This document shows, piece after piece, positions 27,727 to 37,087 of a DNA stretch of 64,000 nt. Position 1 is the stretch's first letter. Every line of letters starts with the position of its first letter. The translations under genes and the position numbers were made by a program. The notes beneath the pieces were generated by a model. That model was given only the letters and a program-made list of their open reading frames with translations, was not told the DNA's origin and did not search any database. Location of the stretch: sequence record SRR31156797_6890; one strand, 5' to 3'.

Positions 27727-30306
27727 CTACTGCGCTAAGAAATCTTGAGCAAAACGTTGCAAAACACCGCCCGCGTTATACACGTTGACTTCATCGGCAG
27801 TGTCTAAACGACAGGTCACAGCCACATCGAGCTTCTCGCCATTGGTACGGGTAATGACCAAAGCCAAATCGACACCCGGTTTAATTTCACCAATGACGTC
27901 ATATAACTCAGTTCCATCCAACTCTAACGTGTTACGGTTTACACCATCTTTAAACTGCAACGGTAGAACACCCATGCCTACAAGGTTTGTACGGTGAATA
28001 CGTTCGAAACCTTCAGCCACAATCGCTTCCACACCCGCTAAGCGAACGCCTTTCGCCGCCCAGTCACGTGAAGAACCTTGTCCGTAGTCGGCACCCGCAA
28101 CGATAATCAACGGCTGTTTACGTTCCATGTAGGTTTCAATCGCTTCCCACATGCGCGTGACTTTGCCTTCCGGTTCGATTCGTGCCAGTGAGCCCTGAAC
28201 CACTTCACCGTTCTCTTTAACCATTTCGTTAAACAGTTTTGGGTTGGCAAACGTTGCCCGTTGCGCGGTTAAGTGATCACCACGGTGGGTCGCGTAAGAG
28301 TTAAAATCTTCTTCCGGAACATGCATTTTAGTCAGGTATTCACCTGCCGCACTCGAAGCGAGAATCGCATTCGATGGTGACAAGTGGTCAGTGGTAATGT
28401 TGTCACCCAACACTGCCAGAGGACGCATGCTTTTCAGTGCGCGTTCACCCGCTAAAGCACCTTCCCAATATGGAGGACGACGAATATAGGTACTCATTGA
28501 TCGCCAGTCATAAAGCGGGCTGCTGCTCCTCTCTGTATCATCCAGTTTAAACATCTGAATATAAACTTGGTTAAACTGCTGCGGCTTAACATGCTGGCTA
28601 ACCACTTGATCGATCTCTTCATCGGTTGGCCATACATCATTGAGATAAATCGGATTACCGTTCGCATCGTGACCTAAAGCATCACGTTCAATATCAAAGC
28701 GAATCGTACCCGCCAAAGCATAAGCAACCACAAGCGGTGGTGAGGCAAGGAAAGCCTGTTTCGCATATGGATGGATACGACCATCAAAGTTACGGTTACC
28801 AGACAATACCGCAGTAGCGTACAAGTCACGGTCGATGATCTCTTGCTGGATCGTTGGATCCAACGCGCCACTCATGCCATTACAAGTGGTACAAGCGTAC
28901 CCAACAATGCCAAAACCCAGTTGTTCAAGCTCGGGTAGCAGATTGGCTTCTTCAAGATAAAGTTTCGCCACTTTTGAACCTGGCGCAAATGAGGTTTTCA
29001 CCCATGGCTTACGTACCAGACCAAGTTCATTGGCTTTTTTCGCTAGTAGACCCGCGGCAACAACGTTACGCGGATTACTGGTGTTAGTGCATGAAGTAAT
29101 GGCAGCGATGATGACGGCACCGTCTGGCATTTCACCTTCCACTTCATCCCATTTCCCAGCGATACCGCGAGATGCAAGTTCAGAAGTTGGTAAGCGACGA
29201 TGTGGGTTGGACGGTCCAGCTAGGTTGCGCTCTACGGTGGACAAATCAAACTCTAAAACACGTTCATATTCTGCATTTTCAAGGCTGTCCGCCCATAAGC
29301 CAGTCTCTTTGGCGTATTGTTCTACTAACGCCACTTGCTCAGCATCACGCCCAGTCAGTTTCAGATAATTAATGGTTTGCTCATCGATGTAGAACATCCC
29401 AGCACTGGCACCGTATTCAGGTGTCATATTGGAAATGGTCGCACGGTCACCTATGGTAAGATCTTTTGCGCCTTCACCAAAAAACTCTAAGTAACACGAA
29501 ACTACTTTCTGATTACGCAAGAATTCTGTAATCGCCAACACAATATCGGTCGCAGTAATACCTGGCTTACGTTTCCCCTTCAGTTTTACGCCAACGATAT
29601 CCGGTAAGCGCATCATCGAAGGTCGACCCAGCATAACCGTTTCAGCTTCCAGACCACCCACACCAATCGCAATAACGCCTAGAGAGTCGACATGCGGTGT
29701 ATGACTGTCTGTACCGACACAGGTATCGGGAAACGCGACACCGTCTTTGAGTTGAATGACCGGCGACATTTTTTCAAGGTTGATCTGGTGCATAATGCCG
29801 TTACCCGCAGGGATAACACTGACATTTTCAAATGCCGTTTTACACCATTCAATGAAGTGGAATCGATCTTCGTTACGACGATCTTCAATCGCACGGTTTT
29901 TGTCGAACGCTTCACTGTCAAAGCCTGCGTGTTCAACCGCAAGCGAGTGGTCGACAATCAATTGCGTTTCAACCACTGGGTTTACTTTGGCAGGATCACC
30001 GCCCTGCTCTGCAATGGCATCACGCAAGCCAGCGAGATCAACAAGCGCAGTTTGACCAAGAATGTCATGACAAACCACACGGGCTGGGTACCAGGGAAAA
30101 TCTAAGTCGCGTTTACGCTCAATAATCTGTTTTAGAGAGTCTTCCAACGTTGCAGGATCACAACGGCGGACTAAGTTTTCGGCGAGTACACGCGAAGTGT
30201 ATGGCAGCTTTTCATAAGCATTGGCAGAAATCTGATTTACGGCTTCACGAGTGTCAAAATAACTAATCTGGCTTCCCGGAAGCGTTTTTTTGTAGGCATT
30301 ATTCAT
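27727..30306 (-). CDS. acnD: Fe/S-dependent 2-methylcitrate dehydratase
   Basis: RVVCHDILGQTALVDLAG, TSCTNTSNP, ACTTCNGMSG, GSSRDWAAKG. Confidence 0.95.
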   Translation of the reverse strand: MNNAYKKTLPGSQISYFDTREAVNQISANAYEKLPYTSRVLAENLVRRCDPATLEDSLKQIIERKRDLDFPWYPARVVCHDILGQTALVDLAGLRDAIAEQGGDPAKVNPVVETQLIVDHSLAVEHAGFDSEAFDKNRAIEDRRNEDRFHFIEWCKTAFENVSVIPAGNGIMHQINLEKMSPVIQLKDGVAFPDTCVGTDSHTPHVDSLGVIAIGVGGLEAETVMLGRPSMMRLPDIVGVKLKGKRKPGITATDIVLAITEFLRNQKVVSCYLEFFGEGAKDLTIGDRATISNMTPEYGASAGMFYIDEQTINYLKLTGRDAEQVALVEQYAKETGLWADSLENAEYERVLEFDLSTVERNLAGPSNPHRRLPTSELASRGIAGKWDEVEGEMPDGAVIIAAITSCTNTSNPRNVVAAGLLAKKANELGLVRKPWVKTSFAPGSKVAKLYLEEANLLPELEQLGFGIVGYACTTCNGMSGALDPTIQQEIIDRDLYATAVLSGNRNFDGRIHPYAKQAFLASPPLVVAYALAGTIRFDIERDALGHDANGNPIYLNDVWPTDEEIDQVVSQHVKPQQFNQVYIQMFKLDDTERSSSPLYDWRSMSTYIRRPPYWEGALAGERALKSMRPLAVLGDNITTDHLSPSNAILASSAAGEYLTKMHVPEEDFNSYATHRGDHLTAQRATFANPKLFNEMVKENGEVVQGSLARIEPEGKVTRMWEAIETYMERKQPLIIVAGADYGQGSSRDWAAKGVRLAGVEAIVAEGFERIHRTNLVGMGVLPLQFKDGVNRNTLELDGTELYDVIGEIKPGVDLALVITRTNGEKLDVAVTCRLDTADEVNVYNAGGVLQRFAQDFLAQ

Positions 30307-30319
30307 CGCTTCTTCCTTC

Positions 30320-30379
30320 TCACTCCGTCCTATTTAAACTTGCAGGGTTTTACCTACAAATCCAAATAGTTGGGAGTGA
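30320..30379. repeat. Short degenerate ERIC-like palindrome in the prpC-acnD spacer
   Basis: TCACTCCGTCCTATTTAAACTTGCAGG...CCTACAAATCCAAATAGTTGGGAGTGA; arms resemble ERIC terminal inverted repeats. Confidence 0.55.
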
Positions 30380-30394
30380 CATAGTGTATAAATT

Positions 30395-30440
30395 AAGGCG
30401 CTATTGTTTTGTTAACGCAGCTTTGTTAACGCAGCGCCTT
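30395..30440. repeat. Hairpin with a perfect 14-bp tandem duplication
   Basis: AAGGCGCT...AGCGCCTT stem; TTTGTTAACGCAGC twice (30408-30421, 30422-30435). Confidence 0.8.
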
Positions 30441-30448
30441 TTAGACTG

Positions 30449-31588
30449 TTAACCACGTTTTTCGATTGGCACCCACTCTTGATGATCTGGGCCTGTGTAG
30501 TCTGCACTTGGACGAATAATACGGTTATTCGCTCGTTGCTCGTAAACGTGTGCAGCCCATCCAGTCAGACGACTCATTACAAAAATAGGAGTGAATAGCT
30601 TAGTCGGGATACCCATGAAGTGATAAGCAGAAGCATGGAAGAAATCTGCGTTACAGAACAAGCCTTTTTCACGCTTCATTACTGCTTCAACTCGTTCTGA
30701 GACTGGGTAAAGTTGTTTGTCACCAACATACTCCGCCAACTCTTTAGACCAACGCTTAATCAGTGCATTTCGCGGATCGCTTTCACGGTAAATTGCGTGG
30801 CCAAAGCCCATAATCTTGTCTTTGTTCTCCAGCATACGCAGAATATTTTGCTCTGCTTCGTCTGGTGTTTGCCAGTTCTCAATCATCTCCATCGCAGCTT
30901 CGTTAGCACCACCATGAAGAGGGCCACGTAGCGTACCAATGGCTGCAGTAATACAGGAATGTAAGTCTGAAAGCGTCGAAGCACATACACGTGCGGTAAA
31001 GGTTGACGCATTGAACTCGTGTTCTGCGTATACGATAAGCGAGGTATGCATAACCCGCTTGAACAGATCGCTTGGTGCTTCATCTGTCAGCATTTTCAAG
31101 AAATAGCCACCAATTGAATCTTCACTGCGATCTTCTGTATCAATACGAACGCCGTCATGACTGAAGCGATACCAGTAACAAATGATGGCTGGGAATAAAG
31201 CGAGCATACGTTCAGTTGCTGCGAGTTGCTCTGAGAAATCTTGCTCTGTTTCCAGGTTACCCAGCATAGAACAACCTGTGCGCATCACATCCATTGGGTG
31301 TGCATCTGCCGGAATCAGTTCTAATGCATCTTTAAGCGCTTTCGGTAAACCACGTAAGCCAATCAGACGCGTTTTATATTGGTCAAGCTCCGCCTGACTA
31401 GGTAGATGACCAACAAGTAGCAGATGCGCTACCTCTTCAAATTGAGCATGATTCGCCAAATCCGTAATGTCATAACCACGGTAAGTTAGACCCGTACCTG
31501 TTTTACCAACAGTACATAAAGCGGTGCTTCCAGCACTTTGACCGCGTAGGCCAGCTCCGCCTAGCTCTCCTTTAGGGGATTGAGGCAT
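30449..31588 (-). CDS. prpC: 2-methylcitrate synthase
   Basis: GAGLRGQSAG, EHEFNASTF, GPLHGGAN, MGFGHAIY, NADFF. Confidence 0.95.
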   Translation of the reverse strand: MPQSPKGELGGAGLRGQSAGSTALCTVGKTGTGLTYRGYDITDLANHAQFEEVAHLLLVGHLPSQAELDQYKTRLIGLRGLPKALKDALELIPADAHPMDVMRTGCSMLGNLETEQDFSEQLAATERMLALFPAIICYWYRFSHDGVRIDTEDRSEDSIGGYFLKMLTDEAPSDLFKRVMHTSLIVYAEHEFNASTFTARVCASTLSDLHSCITAAIGTLRGPLHGGANEAAMEMIENWQTPDEAEQNILRMLENKDKIMGFGHAIYRESDPRNALIKRWSKELAEYVGDKQLYPVSERVEAVMKREKGLFCNADFFHASAYHFMGIPTKLFTPIFVMSRLTGWAAHVYEQRANNRIIRPSADYTGPDHQEWVPIEKRG

Positions 31589-31652
31589 GTTGAACTCCTT
31601 TTGTTGCTTCGCTTTGGGTTCTTATAGAACCGGCCTCTTTGTGCCCACCTTT

Positions 31653-31704
31653 TATACCTAAGTAACTTCAAGATGAATTTTGAATCTTGAGGTCACTTAA
31701 ATAT
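31653..31704. repeat. Short ERIC-family repeat in the prpB-prpC spacer
   Basis: TATACCTAAGTAACTTCAAGATG...ATCTTGAGGTCACTTAAATAT, homologous to 1-49. Confidence 0.7.
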
Positions 31705-31852
31705 TGGTGCTATAGCTCAGCAGTTTCACGTTATTGGATTGTTAGTTTAAATTTGGACTGAAGGTTGACTAAACGCTTCATCCATCTCATTCGAACACTA
31801 TTTATTGTTGTTTTTTCTTGGGCTTCCCGCTTCACAACGCCTATGCGTTACG

Positions 31853-32749
31853 TTAGGAATTTTTACTAAATAATTTATCTAATGTGTTTTCGTAGCTGTG
31901 GTAATCCAGATACTCATAAAGCTCTTTACGTGTCTGCATATTGTCGAGCAGCGCTTCCTGATTCCCGTTTTCCAGAATGTGGCTATACACCATTTCTGCT
32001 GCTTTGTTCATTGCACGGAATGCACTTAACGGGTACAGCACCATATCGACTTTCGACTTCGCTAACTCTTCACAGTTGTACAAGGGTGTTTGACCAAACT
32101 CAGTAATATTTGCCAGAATTGGAACATGTTTTCCTGTTGCAGAATGAAGCGCAGTAGAGAACTGTTCATACTGTTGTAGTTCGGTCATCGCTTCAGGGAA
32201 GATCATATCCGCCCCCGCTTCGACACACGCAATCGCTCGCTCAATGGCACTGTCCATTCCTTCTACTGCAAGCGCATCGGTGCGAGCCATAATCACAAAC
32301 TCTGGATTATCACGCGCATCTACTGCGGCTTTTACACGGTCAGTCATCTCTTCAACACTGACAATGGCTTTGTTTGGACGATGGCCACAACGTTTCTGGG
32401 CTACCTGGTCTTCCATGTGCACTGCGGCAGCGCCCGCTTTTTCCATCGCTTTAATCGTTCTGCCGATATTGAAAGCACCGCCAAAACCAGTATCGATGTC
32501 CACAAGCAAAGGTAAATCGCACGCGTTAGTAATACGGTCAACGTCCACAAGAACGTCATTAAGGGTTGTAATCCCAAGGTCTGGTAAACCATATGAAGCA
32601 TTCGCAATACCTCCACCGGATAGGTATATCGCCTGATGACCCAGTTTTTTTGCCATCATTGCGCAGTAAGGGTTAATCGTGCCAACGACTTGTAGCGGAT
32701 CGTTAGTCTTAACTGCGAGTCTAAATTTCGCACCAGGGCTTAAGCTCAT
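31853..32749 (-). CDS. prpB: 2-methylisocitrate lyase
   Basis: YLSGGG, GLPDLG, DIDTGFG, KRCGH, ARTDA. Confidence 0.95.
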   Translation of the reverse strand: MSLSPGAKFRLAVKTNDPLQVVGTINPYCAMMAKKLGHQAIYLSGGGIANASYGLPDLGITTLNDVLVDVDRITNACDLPLLVDIDTGFGGAFNIGRTIKAMEKAGAAAVHMEDQVAQKRCGHRPNKAIVSVEEMTDRVKAAVDARDNPEFVIMARTDALAVEGMDSAIERAIACVEAGADMIFPEAMTELQQYEQFSTALHSATGKHVPILANITEFGQTPLYNCEELAKSKVDMVLYPLSAFRAMNKAAEMVYSHILENGNQEALLDNMQTRKELYEYLDYHSYENTLDKLFSKNS

Positions 32750-32766
32750 TTGATTCTCCTTAACCT

Positions 32767-32893
32767 TTCACTCTTCATATTTAAATCCATCGCTACGTTA
32801 TCTACATTCATTCACTCCAATCACATCGTTATCTATGTTCATGGAGTCTCATTCATTTGCCGCCTTGCTATGAATCCAAATCTTTTGAGTGTT
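32767..32893 (-). repeat. Degenerate full-length (127 bp) ERIC element overlapping the 3' end of the GntR gene
   Basis: Minus strand GCAAGGCGGCAAATGAATGAGACTCCATGAACATAGATAACGATGTGATTGGAGTGAATGAA matches the ERIC core; CACTC/GAGTG terminal inverted repeats; span counts to 127 bp. Confidence 0.75.
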
Positions 32894-33569
32894 TTATTTG
32901 TTGTTCGATTAGACGTCGACTTCCAGATATGTGGCGACGCATTAGTATTTCCGCCAGCTCTTCGTCTCGGTTACGAATGGCTTGCAGGATAAATTTGTGT
33001 TCTTCCAACGCTTCAACAGGACGAGACTGTGAACGCGGTGATTGATAACGGTACATGCGTAGCAAGTGATACAACTCGTCACATAACAATGAGATGAGTT
33101 GACTATTGCGGCTTGCCTTGATAATTCGGTAGTGAAAATCAAAATCGCCTTGCTGGTGGAAGTAAGAGGCCCCATCGACTTGATCAATATGTGCAGAATG
33201 TGTCGACAATAAGGTTTCCAACCCAGCAATTTCAATTTCAGTAATGTTACGCACAGCTAAGCGCGCAGCCATTCCTTCTAAGGCCTCACGTACTGCGTAT
33301 AGTTCTAATAATTTTTCAGAAGAGAATTGAATAACACGAGCGCCCACATGTGGAATACGTTCGATTAAACCTAAACCTTCAACGCGCATTATTGCTTCAC
33401 GCAGAGGTCCTCGGCTCACTTGGAAACGTTTTGCCAGCTCTGGTTCTGATATTTTACTGCCTGGTGCAATTTGACCTTCGACAATGGCCTCAATCAAATA
33501 CTCAGTCAGATTCTCTGACTTGGTATTTTCTTTTTCATTGATGGCTGTTTTTTTTAATTCACTATTCAT
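32868..33569 (-). CDS. GntR/FadR-family regulator of the prp operon
   Basis: PGSKISEPELA-x-x-F-x-VSRGPLREA HTH, FCD domain (DFDFH, EEH); first gene of the prp operon. Confidence 0.9.
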   Translation of the reverse strand: MNSELKKTAINEKENTKSENLTEYLIEAIVEGQIAPGSKISEPELAKRFQVSRGPLREAIMRVEGLGLIERIPHVGARVIQFSSEKLLELYAVREALEGMAARLAVRNITEIEIAGLETLLSTHSAHIDQVDGASYFHQQGDFDFHYRIIKASRNSQLISLLCDELYHLLRMYRYQSPRSQSRPVEALEEHKFILQAIRNRDEELAEILMRRHISGSRRLIEQQIKHSKDLDS

Positions 33570-33645
33570 TGTTTCTCTTCATTTGGCTTGTACAACGTTT
33601 ATTTAGTAAACGCTCATCAAGGAATGAAGTAACCTTAGCCGATCA

Positions 33646-33679
33646 GATTGTCGACAATCAAGAAAATTGTCGACAATTT
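33646..33679. promoter_or_regulatory. Tandem palindromic operators, probably for the GntR prp regulator
   Basis: GATTGTCGACAATC (33646-33659) and AAATTGTCGACAATTT (33664-33679); fits the FadR-subfamily TGT-N-ACA pattern. Confidence 0.8.
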
Positions 33680-33832
33680 AGACTAAGGTCTTAGAGAAAC
33701 ATTAAGCAAGAAAAAACAATGGAGAGATTAAGCTATTGTTTATATTAAATATAAATTAATAACCGTTTTTTTGGACATTTCGTTAAAAACTAACAGATGA
33801 AAGACTGTCGACAAAATTGAAGTGGCAAACTG

Positions 33833-34612
33833 TCATTCTATAATATCGAAATCAACGTTAGGCAAAGATTCAAATCCAGGTTTAGCGAACAAATACCCCT
33901 GCATTAAATCAACCCCGCTATCTCTGAGAAATAACATCTCTTCGCGTGTTTCAATTCCTTCAGCTAACACAGTGATGTTTAGCTCGTTAAACATAGCAAG
34001 ACAGTTTTTTATGATCACTTGTTTAACTGGGTGTCTATCAATGTCACGGATCAGTTCCATATCCAGTTTTACGATATTGGTTTGAAAGCCTGCAAGGAGA
34101 TTTAGTCCGGAATAGCCCGAACCAAAATCGTCTATCGCGGTTGTAAACCCTAAGTTTTTATAGCACTCAACGATATGTTTAAGGTGATCATTGTGTTGCA
34201 CCTGTTCTACTTCCGTGAACTCAAACATTATCTTTTCAATTGGGAAATTGTATTCCTTAGCGGCTTCTAACGTTGTTCGAATACAGAGTTCTGGTCGATA
34301 AACAGCATTAGGAAGAAAGTTAATACTCACAACCGAATCAATATTAAGTTTTGATGCTAAAGCGATCGCTTTCACACGACAAAGTTGGTCGAACCTATAG
34401 CGGTTGTCGTCGTTAACTTTTGAAATAATAGAAAAAGCAGATTCGTTGTTAGGGCCTCTGACAAGAGCTTCGTAACCAAAGATTTGTTTGGTTGAGTAGC
34501 AAATAATCGGCTGAAACGCCATTGTAAAGTCAAACCCGAGATCTTTACTTTCAAGGCACTGCTTACATGAAAACTCTCTGTAGTCTGATGGCTTTTCTTT
34601 TGTGTACATCAT
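33833..34612 (-). CDS. Stand-alone EAL-domain c-di-GMP phosphodiesterase
   Basis: FQP, YEALVRG, SINF, FEFTE, IDDFGSGYS, VKLD, AEGIET, QGYLF. Confidence 0.9.
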   Translation of the reverse strand: MMYTKEKPSDYREFSCKQCLESKDLGFDFTMAFQPIICYSTKQIFGYEALVRGPNNESAFSIISKVNDDNRYRFDQLCRVKAIALASKLNIDSVVSINFLPNAVYRPELCIRTTLEAAKEYNFPIEKIMFEFTEVEQVQHNDHLKHIVECYKNLGFTTAIDDFGSGYSGLNLLAGFQTNIVKLDMELIRDIDRHPVKQVIIKNCLAMFNELNITVLAEGIETREEMLFLRDSGVDLMQGYLFAKPGFESLPNVDFDIIE

Positions 34613-34857
34613 TGAGTTACAACATTATTAGGTTATTTACCTTTAGATTAGGTGGTTGAGACAAGTTAAGCAATGATAGAAAAATCAATATTGGTGCTAC
34701 GAGCTTCCCATAACAAAACCGAACGACCGCTTTACACACTGCGCGCATAAAATATATTTTAAAAATATAAAAATTATTTTAATAACATAACCCATTGAAA
34801 TTTATTAACAAAAACGAAACCCAAATAAGAAACGTCGTTTCATTCTAAAAAATACTA

Positions 34858-34871
34858 TTGATCTCCATCAA
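34858..34871. promoter_or_regulatory. FNR box (perfect consensus)
   Basis: TTGAT-CTCC-ATCAA. Confidence 0.7.
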
Positions 34872-34886
34872 ATTTACCCATAGAAT

Positions 34887-34902
34887 TGTGACATCAATCA
34901 CG
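34887..34902. promoter_or_regulatory. CRP site
   Basis: TGTGA-CATCAA-TCACG, 9/10 core match. Confidence 0.7.
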
Positions 34903-34984
34903 AAGTGGTTAAGAGATTAAAAAATAACTTCATTGATTGATAAGAATCAAAAATAACGGATATTAATCAAATAGAGGTCACATC

Positions 34985-35179
34985 ATGAACACACTACATA
35001 TCGATAACAACGCAACTCTTTCTTCAACTGGTCTAGCAACTAAAATTGCAAATGCGGTAATCGCTTTCTTCAAAAAAGAACAAAAAGCAGAATCAAACAC
35101 TGAAGCTACAGGTCACTCTTTCCTAGATCAAGCAACTCGTTTGGGTTGTGATATGTCTCACTTCAACCACATCTCTTAA
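34985..35179 (+). CDS. Small hypothetical protein (64 aa)
   Basis: AGAGGT RBS, strongly biased codons (AAC, TTC, ATC, GCT/GCA, TCT), upstream regulatory sites, downstream hairpin. Confidence 0.75.
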   Translation: MNTLHIDNNATLSSTGLATKIANAVIAFFKKEQKAESNTEATGHSFLDQATRLGCDMSHFNHIS

Positions 35180-35220
35180 TTTAAAGATTTGAAGTTAGAT
35201 CTCTGATATAAAATAATCCA

Positions 35221-35258
35221 AGGGAGAGTTAACTGGCTCAACGTTAACTCTTCTCCCT
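35221..35258. terminator. Hairpin between the small ORF and the convergent GH51 gene
   Basis: AGGGAGAGTTAAC...GTTAACTCTTCTCCCT; weak U-tail. Confidence 0.5.
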
Positions 35259-35294
35259 TAGATTAAATGTCACAGAGGATAAAGCTACGTCCTG

Positions 35295-36788
35295 TTAACT
35301 TTGTTTAAACCTCAACATTGTCCAAGAGGTATTAGGCAAAACAAACTGAAATTGAGTATCAGCTGTACTCGTTACATCGATACTTACAGGCATTACATTA
35401 TTCGGTGATTCAAAGCTATTCACCGCAAACAAATCTTCTACGGTTAACACTTGTTGTTCGACAAGTCGTAATTCACCAAACTCTTCTAACTGCAGGTCAA
35501 GCGTGATGTCTTGAGTTAGATTGGTATTCAAAATAAAAACAGCCATCTCTCCACTATTTTCATCGTAAGTCGATACCGTCGCTAGTTCTGGTACTGAACC
35601 ATACTTTTCAGTCTCTACGTCATCACAAACCACAATATTTTTGTAGACACTCCCTCGCCCATAACAGCTTACTTGTTGGAAAGGGTAATAAGTAGAGTGC
35701 TTCAACACGCCGCCATTCACATCTGTATGAATTGGAGCTAATGCGTTAACCAACTGTGCCAGACAAGCCATTTTGACCCGGTCAGCATTGTTGACAATCG
35801 TTGTAAGAAGCCCACCCACGACTAATGCGTCCATTAATGAATAAACATCTTCTGCAATAGCCGGCGCCCATTGCCAACGCTTTGTGTTCATCTGTTTGAT
35901 ATACCAGACATTCCATTCATCCAGACTCAACATCATCACTTTGTCGCTGCGTTTTTTCGCTTTGACATAATCTGCTGTCGACTTAATGGTATGGATGAAA
36001 TCATTCAGATCATAGTATGCAGCTAAAAAACTCGCTTTGTCCTGCTCATACTCGTAATAGCGGTGAAGTGAAATGTAGTCGACGTGTTCATAACAAGCTT
36101 CCAGTACAGTCCTGTCCCATTCTGGGAATGTCGCCATCTCTTTTGATGAACTGCCACAAGCAACCAGTTCAATGTTTGGGTCCACCCATTTGAGTATTTT
36201 GGCCGTTTCACGTGCTTTGTTGGCGTACTCTTGTGCCGTTAACGCGCAAGTTTGCCATGGGCCATCCATCTCATTACCTAAGCACCATACTTTAAAGTTA
36301 TGTGGTTGTTCATAACCATGCTCTCGGCGTTTATCACTCCAGTAAGTACCTTGTTCGATATTACAGTATTCAGCCAAATAGCCCGCTTCTTGAGGTGTTC
36401 CTGAGCCCAAATTTACCGCTATCATCCCTTGAGTGTTGGCTTTGTGCGTCCAATCAGCGAATTCATTAATACCAAACTGATTGTTTTCGATTGATAGCCA
36501 TGCGTAATCCAGCCTAGTTGGGCGATCCTCTTTTGGTCCTATACCATCTTTCCAATCGTAGCCTGATACGAAATTTCCGCCCGGATAACGAACGATCGGT
36601 ACATTCAATTCGCTAACAGCGTCAATGACATCTTTTCTGAACCCTTGCTCGTCCGCTGAGTTATGTTGAGGCTGGTAAATACCGGTGTAAACCGCCCTAC
36701 CCATATGCTCAATAAAAGAACCGTATATTCGCTTATCAATATCAGCGATTTTAAAATGCTTGTTAACAATACACTTTGCTTGCTTCAT
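35295..36788 (-). CDS. abfA: Alpha-L-arabinofuranosidase, GH51, cytoplasmic
   Basis: YGSFIEH, RYPGGNF, WCLGNEMDGPWQ (acid/base), LDEWNVW (nucleophile), AQLVN; no signal peptide. Confidence 0.9.
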   Translation of the reverse strand: MKQAKCIVNKHFKIADIDKRIYGSFIEHMGRAVYTGIYQPQHNSADEQGFRKDVIDAVSELNVPIVRYPGGNFVSGYDWKDGIGPKEDRPTRLDYAWLSIENNQFGINEFADWTHKANTQGMIAVNLGSGTPQEAGYLAEYCNIEQGTYWSDKRREHGYEQPHNFKVWCLGNEMDGPWQTCALTAQEYANKARETAKILKWVDPNIELVACGSSSKEMATFPEWDRTVLEACYEHVDYISLHRYYEYEQDKASFLAAYYDLNDFIHTIKSTADYVKAKKRSDKVMMLSLDEWNVWYIKQMNTKRWQWAPAIAEDVYSLMDALVVGGLLTTIVNNADRVKMACLAQLVNALAPIHTDVNGGVLKHSTYYPFQQVSCYGRGSVYKNIVVCDDVETEKYGSVPELATVSTYDENSGEMAVFILNTNLTQDITLDLQLEEFGELRLVEQQVLTVEDLFAVNSFESPNNVMPVSIDVTSTADTQFQFVLPNTSWTMLRFKQS

Positions 36789-37087
36789 TACAGTTACCTT
36801 TCAGTCATTTGTCATGGATTACGTTCAATACAGAAGGGATAAGCCCGTTAATGGACATGACGGTTGTTATTCGCATTCTTATTATAAAGACCAGCAAGCA
36901 ACCGAAAATATGTAGAGAAACGCTAAATATTTGTATTAATTACGCGTCTTAGTCGATTTGAGTATTCACACAATTCAAACGAAAACTTACTTTTCAAGAA
37001 CTGAAGATAAAGTGTGACCAAGATCTAATAACCTTACAATTGTGGGGGATATAGTACTGAATGTGTTCATTTTTTGAGGGAATAAAA

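Noticed and set aside
25537-30105. Long antisense ORFs within prpE, prpF and acnD (e.g. 26221-26682, 29692-30105)
   Set aside because: Shadow frames of strongly conserved genes, with no RBS or motifs. The same applies to the antisense ORFs throughout the cbi and pdu genes.
31706-31723. GGTGCTATAGCTCAGCAG resembles the 5' end of tRNA-Ala
   Set aside because: No anticodon arm, properly placed T-loop or matching acceptor stem follows; likely chance.
32796-32842. Imperfect 16-bp direct repeats CGTTATCTA(CA/TG)TTCAT as a mini-CRISPR or operator pair
   Set aside because: Only two copies with a 15-bp gap and no cas genes; both lie inside the ERIC element.
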